DNA of 34,271 nucleotides, taken from contig PLEQ01000232.1 in assembly GCA_003136475.1 (NCBI GenBank), forward strand, positions 1 to 34,271, read 5' to 3'. This stretch comes from Deltaproteobacteria bacterium. GTDB taxonomy: Bacteria > Bdellovibrionota_B > Oligoflexia > Oligoflexales > Bog-1112. How positions within the stretch are numbered: the first letter of the stretch is position 1; each line of letters opens with the position of its first letter. The notes below the pieces were generated by a model, which saw only the letters and a list, made by a program, of their open reading frames with translations, was not told where the DNA came from and made no database searches. A program made the position numbers and the translations under genes. Positions 1-6,991 of the stretch are shown in pieces.

Positions 1-530
1 TTTGAGATGGAGGGGGCTTTAAGTACAGTGGTGTTGCCAGGTACAGTTGCCCAGCTTTCAGCCGAAGTGCCACCATTTGCTATAAGAACTTGTCCCGAAG
101 TACCATTAGCCAATCTCGTGGGGGTTCCACCAGCGCCAGCGTAAATAAGGTCTCCACCAGTAGTCATAGGGTTAGATAGTCCGTTATTACCAGATGTAGA
201 AACAGACCAAGTTCCGGAAGAGGTTCCATTAGTTTGGAGTTTAACCGTTATCGCCCCTTTAGATACGAGAGTTCCATAAGAAGTACCAGCAGCATCAGTA
301 AAAGCTGCACCGCCATTAAATTGTAAGGTAAGGGAACCAGAGGACTGGTTATAAATTTCAAAAAATTGACCAACCGACATTGTAGTAGCACTTGGAAAAA
401 CTACTGTTTGTGTAGATGAACCAGTAAAAGTTTGAATTTGCTTTGACGTATTGACTAAAGTAGTGGTACCAGCCGCTGTTGCGGTAGTTGCTACCTGAAA
501 AACATTCATCCCATACTGAAAACTTCCCAC
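1..530 (-). CDS. Fibre-like virion protein, 5' part only (runs off the window edge)
   Basis: Not in the ORF track. GTG at 530 is preceded by AAGGAG and the frame stays open to position 1: MGSFQYGMNVFQVATTATAAGTTTL...NPMTTGGDLIYAGAGGTPTRLANGTSGQVLIANGG. The last motif is shared with the 870-aa fibre (SPMTTAGDLTF...RLPIGSTGQVL). Confidence 0.8.
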   Translation of the reverse strand, partial: MGSFQYGMNVFQVATTATAAGTTTLVNTSKQIQTFTGSSTQTVVFPSATTMSVGQFFEIYNQSSGSLTLQFNGGAAFTDAAGTSYGTLVSKGAITVKLQTNGTSSGTWSVSTSGNNGLSNPMTTGGDLIYAGAGGTPTRLANGTSGQVLIANGGTSAESWATVPGNTTVLKAPSIS

Positions 531-545
531 AGAAAACTCCTTTGA

Positions 546-1268
546 TTACAAATATTTAAATTGATAACCATTCATTTGTTTTAATTCGCCTCTGGCAACC
601 ATGGCAATACCGCTTCTACTTACTGGCAAGTTAAGAGAAGCAATTTTTACTGAATCGTAAATTTGATTGTTGTTTAAACAAAAAATCTTTTTTCTTTTAG
701 AAAGGCCTAAATTAGGATTCTTTTTACCCTTCTTAGATTTTGAAATTTTCTCACAAGTTTCTTTAGAACTTTTGCGCCCAAAGTTTGGATTATTTTCTCC
801 AATTTTTCCGAACATATGATTCTTTTCACCAATCTGGGCTTCAGAAATTTTTTTATTGTGACTTTCTGAATTTTTCTTGCCTATTCTAGAAGAAATAAAT
901 TTTAAGAGTGTCTCTTTTGACATAGCAGGCTTATTTTTAGCCGATTCTGACATTTTTTTACGAGTTTCTTCGGATGGTGACTTGTTTCCACCGCCTAAAT
1001 TCAAATTATATCCATTAGGCTTTAGGGTATTAAAATATTCTATATAATACTGTTCTAAATCATTAAGGCTGTTTACGTCCTTAGCGATATCTATCTTCTC
1101 AAAAACAAAATTATTGAATCCATATTTGCGAATAGCATTGTACAATGGATAGTTAGTTCCAACACTGGATTCGTATTTGTGTTCGTTAATACGGACAGAT
1201 AGAGTCCTAAGGGTTTGCCCTATGTACTGATTTCCGTTTGTTTTATTTGTAATTCTATAAATAATCAT
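546..1268 (-). CDS. Free-standing GIY-YIG homing endonuclease with NUMOD3-type repeats and a C-terminal NUMOD1-like domain
   Basis: IIYRITN...YIGQT...R...H; LEQYYIEYFNTLKPNGYNL; SEETRKKMSES and Lys-rich repeats; C-terminal IYDSVKIAS...I..VARG...GYQFKY. Confidence 0.92.
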   Translation of the reverse strand: MIIYRITNKTNGNQYIGQTLRTLSVRINEHKYESSVGTNYPLYNAIRKYGFNNFVFEKIDIAKDVNSLNDLEQYYIEYFNTLKPNGYNLNLGGGNKSPSEETRKKMSESAKNKPAMSKETLLKFISSRIGKKNSESHNKKISEAQIGEKNHMFGKIGENNPNFGRKSSKETCEKISKSKKGKKNPNLGLSKRKKIFCLNNNQIYDSVKIASLNLPVSRSGIAMVARGELKQMNGYQFKYL

Positions 1269-1287
1269 CTTAATCTCTATATATCAT

Positions 1288-1296
1288 ATAAGATTG
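1288..1296 (-). promoter_or_regulatory. Putative phage late promoter CAATCTTAT
   Basis: Exact copy of the recurrent motif (ATAAGATTG on +), about 20 nt upstream of the endonuclease ATG in a 32-bp gap. Confidence 0.75.
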
Positions 1297-1300
1297 ATGC

Positions 1301-2158
1301 TTATGCCGTTAGGGATACCGTATAGCAATTAATGGCATAATTGCCCGAAAGAGTGTCCACGTTCCAACTAAAAGTAACGGTTGTATCAGTTTTACCTGTA
1401 ATTACAATAGGTTGAAATTGTGGATTAGCGTCTGTCAGATTTTGCATAGTGGCGATTACCCCATAACCCGTAGTTCCATAATTAATGGGTAAAGTGGCAG
1501 TGGCCGTAAGGGCCCCATTTCCAACGATAGCCTGGGAATTTGCTCCAATAAAATATGGCTGAATATAGTTAACACTAGAAGTAGGCACATTTACGGAAGT
1601 AGTCTCTGCAGTTGTAGACGATGCGGTAATAACTACAGTTTGAAATTGTGGATTAGAATCGACAATGTTTTGCATCCCAGTAACAACGCCGAAACCAGAT
1701 TCTTGGGAGAACGTATAGGTGGTAGTTGAACTAGTAGATGCGTTCCCAAATGACGTTTCGCCTTCCACAAATGGTTTAGGGACAATTATATAAGAAATTA
1801 TGTAATTATTTGTATCTAAAGGAGAATTCCATTCAACGACGAATCCCGTTGTGGTCTTACTGGTAACTTCTGCCATTTGAAATTGAGGATTAGGATCTAC
1901 TAAATTCTCAAACATGGCGAATACTACGTAAGAAATGTCTGGTTGAGAACTAATAGTAGCTGTATATGAGGTAGTCCCCAACCCACTAGTCAAAGATACT
2001 TGTTTGGCAACGTATCCAGCACTGCCGGTAATACCAGAAAGAGCGGCATTGATTAAAGATAGAATGTCGGCCAAATTGTCTCCTGCAGGGGATCCAATAT
2101 TGGAAAGTGCCGCTCTGTTAATTACCTGTCTACTGTCTAATGGTTTATAGCTACTCAT
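1301..2158 (-). CDS. Virion/fibre-associated protein with three tandem ~80-aa beta modules (H-type-lectin-like fibre-tip-type domain)
   Basis: Three repeats: YVVFAMFENLVDPNPQFQ..VTSKTTTGF..W, FGVVTGMQNIVDSNPQFQ..IT, YGVIATMQNLTDANPQFQ..ITGKTDTTVTFSW. Lies in the fibre gene cluster. Confidence 0.65.
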   Translation of the reverse strand: MSSYKPLDSRQVINRAALSNIGSPAGDNLADILSLINAALSGITGSAGYVAKQVSLTSGLGTTSYTATISSQPDISYVVFAMFENLVDPNPQFQMAEVTSKTTTGFVVEWNSPLDTNNYIISYIIVPKPFVEGETSFGNASTSSTTTYTFSQESGFGVVTGMQNIVDSNPQFQTVVITASSTTAETTSVNVPTSSVNYIQPYFIGANSQAIVGNGALTATATLPINYGTTGYGVIATMQNLTDANPQFQPIVITGKTDTTVTFSWNVDTLSGNYAINCYTVSLTA

Positions 2159-2167
2159 AAATTCTCA

Positions 2168-3112
2168 TTAATTATTGGCAATAGCCTGCCAGTGCAATAC
2201 GTAGTTGGCAGTAGCAGTTCCAACGTTCCAGGATGCCGTAAAGCCTGTAGTGGCCTGAGCTGTTATTGTAACTGATTGGTATTGTGGGTTGGTATCGGTA
2301 GTGTTTAGTAGATTTGCTACAACTGAATAGTTCGTACTACCAAATGCCGTACTGAACGTAATTGCTTTTGATGTTGCAGCACTGCTAAGAGTGGCAGATC
2401 CTGAAAAAATTCCCAACATTGTTAGGACTTGGGCCGTCGTCAAGTCGCTTGGTGTAGCTGGTGAACCAGTATTGTTCCCTTTTACGGTATTTGCTGCCAT
2501 GCTATTTAGGTTAGCGTTTGTAATAGCAGCAGAACCGGAAAGATTTGTATTTGTAAGCCCAGTAATAGTATTGCTACCAGCAGCAATGGTTTTATTTGTG
2601 AGAGTTTGAGCCAAAGACAAAACTGCTACAGTATCGGTACCAGTTATATTGGGAAAATTTAAATTTTGGGAAGTACTTTGGTTGGCAGATAAGGTAAGTT
2701 GGGTCCCAGTGGTACTTCCACTTGTACTAATTTGCAGTTTCTTAGTCGCATCAGTAACGTCTTCAAATAATGCGAATGTCTGAATTGTTGTTCCAGAACC
2801 ATTAATTGCGGCTCCATTAATGATAGGGGATGTTTGAAAAACAACTTTTCCGGTACCAGTAGTTCCAGTTACGGCAGTACCTGTAATAGCAGCAACAGTG
2901 GTAGATATTGATCCACTACTACCCGTTCCGGTTACATCGGAAGTAAGAGTAATAGTCGGCAAATCACTAGCAGCTAATGACCTAAAAGCTGCTCCGCCAC
3001 TGCCAGTAGCGGCTAGAACCTGAACGGAAGTAGCGGCACCGGACCCAATGTCCGTTCCTTGGACTTGGGTAGCCGTAGGTTTTCCGGTGACTAGTTTTTG
3101 AAAATTACTCAT
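2168..3112 (-). CDS. Tail-fibre-like protein with a C-terminal H-type-lectin-like domain
   Basis: T/S/G-rich; fibre motifs AQTLTNKTI and MAANTVKGNNTG...DLT..QV..ML; C-terminus ITFSTAF...YSVV...NPQYQ...TTGFT.SW...WQAI. Confidence 0.75.
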   Translation of the reverse strand: MSNFQKLVTGKPTATQVQGTDIGSGAATSVQVLAATGSGGAAFRSLAASDLPTITLTSDVTGTGSSGSISTTVAAITGTAVTGTTGTGKVVFQTSPIINGAAINGSGTTIQTFALFEDVTDATKKLQISTSGSTTGTQLTLSANQSTSQNLNFPNITGTDTVAVLSLAQTLTNKTIAAGSNTITGLTNTNLSGSAAITNANLNSMAANTVKGNNTGSPATPSDLTTAQVLTMLGIFSGSATLSSAATSKAITFSTAFGSTNYSVVANLLNTTDTNPQYQSVTITAQATTGFTASWNVGTATANYVLHWQAIANN

Positions 3113-3125
3113 ATCCGCCTTATAT

Positions 3126-3134
3126 CATAGATTT
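3126..3134 (-). promoter_or_regulatory. Possible degenerate late promoter (AAATCTATG)
   Basis: Only the AATCT core is conserved. It sits about 14 nt upstream of ATG 3112 and shares the downstream ATGATATA context with the copy at 1288. Confidence 0.3.
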
Positions 3135-5745
3135 ACGCAACGCCAACGAATACTGGCCAGACATCGATAACGTTAGAAGTCACAGTTGCACTTCGAGTCT
3201 GAACGATACCAATCCTAGTAACGGCTTGGCCACTCGAAGAAGGAGCGGTTGTAGAAAAGGTTCCGCTTGCAGTCAAGAAAACTGCCAATCCGTCTGTAGT
3301 TGCACCGAATGCGCTATCAGAAGAGCTTAGAGCAAACGATCCCGCAGTCGTTACCGTAATATTTTGACCAGCGGATACTGCCGTACCAGAAGAGGCCATA
3401 CCTATCACGTACATAAGGTCGTGTGAGCTTGTCGTAATGTCCGCAGCATACACTCTGGTTGACGTTTCGCTATTAGCAGTAATGCCCCAACGAACCGCAT
3501 ATGAGGTGTTAGCACTGAATGATTGACCAGCAACTAAGGTCCTCTTCAACGAAGGAGCATTTAAAACCTCAATAGTACTACCAGAACCGTTTTGATCGGT
3601 AGTAATGCCATCCGTTACGGCTCCTAGTTTTGCTGCAGTGACTGCACCAGCTTGAATAGTGGTTGCTCCAGAAGCAACAATCGCCACATCGCCAGACATA
3701 GCAACATCAGCTGCGACATTTGATCCATTACCAACCAAGATGTGATTAGTGGTTAGGGCAATAGAACCTGGAGTTACTGATGGAGCAGCCCAAACAGGAA
3801 CACCACCCGCGACCGTTAATACATTTCCAGTACTACCAATAGCAAGATTTGCATAGGTGTTAGTTCCATTACCATAGATTAATCCGCCGGTAGAAGTAGC
3901 TGGAGCAAGAGCGTTAAAGGCAGTTGCTGCGCTAGTTTGTCCCGTACCACCATGAGCGATATCGATAGCCGTACCATTCCAAACACCAGTAGCAATAGTT
4001 CCAAGGCTAGTTAGGCTAGAATTTACTACGGTGCTGTTTAGGGTAGTTCCTGAAAGGGTTCCCGCAGGAGCAACTACAGCATTACCACTGGCAGCTGTAA
4101 TCAAACCCTTAGCATTTACCGTGAAAGAAGGAATCGACGTAGAAGATCCAAAAGATCCGACGTTTGAGTTAACAGTAGCAAGAGTGGCGGCTGAACTACC
4201 AGGACCAGAGGCAGTTACGTCTCCAGTCAATGCAGTGATATAGCTACCCGCAGGTTGTTTATTTTTAAAGGTATTCCAATCAACTGAACTCAAATAACCA
4301 TCTGTAGAAGTAGTTGATTGAGTAATGCTTACCGTGCGACCGGTTAATACGAGCGGTGCGCTAAAAGTATAAGCAGTAGGACCCGCAAACTCAGTAAATG
4401 TAGCCGTTGGAACTGCTGAATTTGCAACGAATGCGCTATCAGCATAAACTGTACCGTTTAATACTAACCAAGCATCGCCAGCCGCATTTGGTAAGCCATT
4501 AGCGGTCAATACATAAGCGGTACCAATTCCAGTCACGGCATATTCACCATTTTGAGAAGCCGTGGTTTGGTTGCCGAGAATTACTAGATCGCCATTCTGA
4601 ACAGAATAACCATCAATAGTTAGGGTAGCAGCGCCAGTTAGTGGAACATTGGAGTTGGCATACGCCTGAGCTGGACCTTTCCAAGTTAATCCACTAATCG
4701 CGGCTTGCAATTGTCCTAGATTGACTGCATCGCCCGAAGACGTACCGTTAGCAACGTTATTGATCTGATTGCTATTCATATTAACGGTGCTAGAGAACGA
4801 TCCAGCTGCCGCATTTAGAGTTCCAGTGAAAGTTGGAGATGCGCTTAGAGCAACCGTGGAACCAGTACCAGTGGTAGTAGCTGCGATAAGGGCCGTACCA
4901 TTGCCAGCTAGAACTGGTGTATTAAGAGTCGTTTCAATAGTAATAGCAGGAGTGGAAGTAGCAGTTGCAACGGTTCCAGCGAAACCATTTGTAGATACTA
5001 CGGAAACAGAAGTAACCGTTCCACCAGTAGCTGGAGCAGCCCAAACAGGTAGGCCACCAGAAACAGTTAGTACTTGTCCGGTAGAACCGATTGGCAATCT
5101 GTCTGGAGCAGGAGTCGAATTTTCAAAAGTCAAGTCGCCAGCAGTAGTCATTGGAGACATGTTGACTTGGGCAGCAGCTTTAGAGGCAGCGTTTGTACCA
5201 CCATTGGCATAAGGAAGGACGCCAGTTACACCACTAGTTAGTGGTAGACCAGTAGCGTTAGTGAGTACTAACGCAGTAGGAGTTCCCAAAGCCGGGGTAA
5301 CCAAGGTTGGTGATGTAGCTAATACAACCGATCCAGAACCAGTCGTAGAAGCTGCAGAAATAGCTGTACCATTACCTTGTAGAATGCCCGTAATGGTCGT
5401 AGAAAGAGTCAATGCTGGGGTTGTTCCGCCCGATGACGTGCCAGCAAAACCGTTCGTTGAATTAACGGATATTGACGTTACCGCTCCAGTAGAAAGAGGA
5501 ACCCAAGTTAAAACGCCGGTACCGTCATTAGAAAGAGTATAGCTTGAAGAAGCTGCTTGAGCCGCAGGCCAAACAATCGAGTATGTGGAAGTCGTAGCAG
5601 AAGCGGAAATTACGATGTGGCCAGACGTAGAACCGTCCATTTGAAGGCCAGAACCTCCTAATTCCAGTATGTTACCGGCTGTTGAGAGGTTTACACTACG
5701 CTGTGCGCCATTAACTAATGCGCTAAATGTTGAGTAATTGGCCAT
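3133..5745 (-). CDS. Long fibre protein (tail or head fibre), 870 aa
   Basis: T/S/G/A-rich with internal duplications (VTSISVNSTNGFAG / VTSVSVVSTNGFAG; IGSTGQVLTVSGGLPVWAAP / IGSTGNVLTVAGGVPVWAAP). Has a YadA-stalk-like motif (QINNVANGTSSGDAVNLGQL), a TVNAKGLITAAS fibre motif and a C-terminal cement/DUF2190-like beta domain. Confidence 0.8.
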   Translation of the reverse strand: MANYSTFSALVNGAQRSVNLSTAGNILELGGSGLQMDGSTSGHIVISASATTSTYSIVWPAAQAASSSYTLSNDGTGVLTWVPLSTGAVTSISVNSTNGFAGTSSGGTTPALTLSTTITGILQGNGTAISAASTTGSGSVVLATSPTLVTPALGTPTALVLTNATGLPLTSGVTGVLPYANGGTNAASKAAAQVNMSPMTTAGDLTFENSTPAPDRLPIGSTGQVLTVSGGLPVWAAPATGGTVTSVSVVSTNGFAGTVATATSTPAITIETTLNTPVLAGNGTALIAATTTGTGSTVALSASPTFTGTLNAAAGSFSSTVNMNSNQINNVANGTSSGDAVNLGQLQAAISGLTWKGPAQAYANSNVPLTGAATLTIDGYSVQNGDLVILGNQTTASQNGEYAVTGIGTAYVLTANGLPNAAGDAWLVLNGTVYADSAFVANSAVPTATFTEFAGPTAYTFSAPLVLTGRTVSITQSTTSTDGYLSSVDWNTFKNKQPAGSYITALTGDVTASGPGSSAATLATVNSNVGSFGSSTSIPSFTVNAKGLITAASGNAVVAPAGTLSGTTLNSTVVNSSLTSLGTIATGVWNGTAIDIAHGGTGQTSAATAFNALAPATSTGGLIYGNGTNTYANLAIGSTGNVLTVAGGVPVWAAPSVTPGSIALTTNHILVGNGSNVAADVAMSGDVAIVASGATTIQAGAVTAAKLGAVTDGITTDQNGSGSTIEVLNAPSLKRTLVAGQSFSANTSYAVRWGITANSETSTRVYAADITTSSHDLMYVIGMASSGTAVSAGQNITVTTAGSFALSSSDSAFGATTDGLAVFLTASGTFSTTAPSSSGQAVTRIGIVQTRSATVTSNVIDVWPVFVGVA

Positions 5746-5788
5746 TTTAAATTTCCCTTATAAGTATTTCGGAGGACTTGTTATAGAG

Positions 5789-5797
5789 TAAAGATTG
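5789..5797 (-). promoter_or_regulatory. Putative late promoter variant CAATCTTTA
   Basis: 7/9 match with the CAATCTT core intact, in the 96-bp gap about 44 nt upstream of the 870-aa fibre gene. Confidence 0.6.
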
Positions 5798-5841
5798 CTT
5801 TCATTAGTTTTAACCATTCTTTAATCAATTAAAACCATGGG

Positions 5842-6297
5842 TTATAGTACGCCAACAATTTGGGTGAAGAGAGAAATATCGAATTCGGAAGGGTTAGCTT
5901 CATTAGGAACTAAAACGCCCATAAAAATAGCGGCATATCCAGATAGAAACCCATTTACTCCAACAGAGGGAACTATATTAGTTGGATTAGCGTCTATACC
6001 AATATATAGGGGGGTTCCTAAGGGATACGAATTAGTATTTGTGTATAATTTTAATCTACCGTTGGAGATGACTCCGCCCAAAGCTGAGGCCGGAATACGA
6101 AATTGTGCATATCCTACCCAATTATCCCAACTGGCTTGATTTGATACATCTAACGGAACAATTAAGCCTGAGGAATTAACGGAACATGCCATAGCTTGGG
6201 GAATGGCCGTGATGGCAGAGGCATTGGTGTAAGTAGTTAATAGGCCTTCTGAAGTTCCTGTAGATTGTGGATTGAACGATACTGGACTATATGACAT
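5842..6297 (-). CDS. Small virion protein, cement/DUF2190-like fold
   Basis: Pattern NAS...IP....V...G......VG.A...I.....G.V...G....GTPLYIG resembles the C-terminal domain of the adjacent 870-aa fibre. GGAG RBS lies inside the end of the upstream endonuclease gene. Confidence 0.55.
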   Translation of the reverse strand: MSYSPVSFNPQSTGTSEGLLTTYTNASAITAIPQAMACSVNSSGLIVPLDVSNQASWDNWVGYAQFRIPASALGGVISNGRLKLYTNTNSYPLGTPLYIGIDANPTNIVPSVGVNGFLSGYAAIFMGVLVPNEANPSEFDISLFTQIVGVL

Positions 6298-6990
6298 TTA
6301 ATTGTTCTCCACTTTTATGAAAGTATACCCATTTACTTGTTTGTATTTTCCATTAGTTACTGAGGAAATATTACCTTTGCTTATTTTTAATCTTCGAGAG
6401 GCGTCACCTATAGAGTTAAAACTAATACTGAGTTCAGGACAAAATATTTTTATTTTTCTTTTTTCATTACAATTTTTAAATATAGTTTTTGAAGCTTCAG
6501 ATGGGAATTTACCAAAACTATGGTGTTTTTGTCCCTTTACAGATTCTGAATGCTTCGTTCTAGATTCTAAGGATCTTTTTTTGCCCTTATTAGCCATAGA
6601 TATTTTAAGTTTAGATTCCGAAGTGTGTTTTTTACCAAACCAGTAGGATTTTTCTCTTTTTTTAGATTCGGACATCTTCCGTTTTGTCTCTTCGGAAACT
6701 ACGTGATTGTTTCCTCCTGTATGCAAATTATATCCATTAGGAGACAAGGTATTATGGTATTCTATAAAATACTCTTCTGCATTATTGAGATCCTGAATAT
6801 TATTGTAGATACCAATAATCTCTTTATAAAAAGAATTTATGCCATTCTTTTTAATGGCATTATAAATATAAATTGAATGTCTTTTATCTTGGCAATGCTC
6901 TTTCCACCTAATCTCAAAATCTCTTATAGTTTGTCCTATATAGGATTTTCCGCTGATCTTATCGGTTATTTTATAAATAACGCCAAACAT
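6298..6990 (-). CDS. Free-standing GIY-YIG homing endonuclease (NUMOD3/NUMOD1-type C-terminus)
   Basis: GVIYKIT...SYIGQT...RWKEH; AEEYFIEYHNTLSPNGYNL; SEETKRKMSES, FGKKHTSESKLKIS; FNSIGDASR.L.I..GNIS. Paralogue of 546..1268. Confidence 0.92.
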   Translation of the reverse strand: MFGVIYKITDKISGKSYIGQTIRDFEIRWKEHCQDKRHSIYIYNAIKKNGINSFYKEIIGIYNNIQDLNNAEEYFIEYHNTLSPNGYNLHTGGNNHVVSEETKRKMSESKKREKSYWFGKKHTSESKLKISMANKGKKRSLESRTKHSESVKGQKHHSFGKFPSEASKTIFKNCNEKRKIKIFCPELSISFNSIGDASRRLKISKGNISSVTNGKYKQVNGYTFIKVENN

Positions 6991-6991
6991 A

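Noticed and set aside
5800-5841. AT-rich inverted repeats (GTTTTAA...TTAAAAC) as a terminator
   Set aside because: The stem is short and almost all A/T, with a long loop and no clear U-tract.
546-6990. GIY-YIG genes as group I intron cargo
   Set aside because: Flanking genes have their own starts and stops, and the 0-32 nt gaps leave no room for a ribozyme core.
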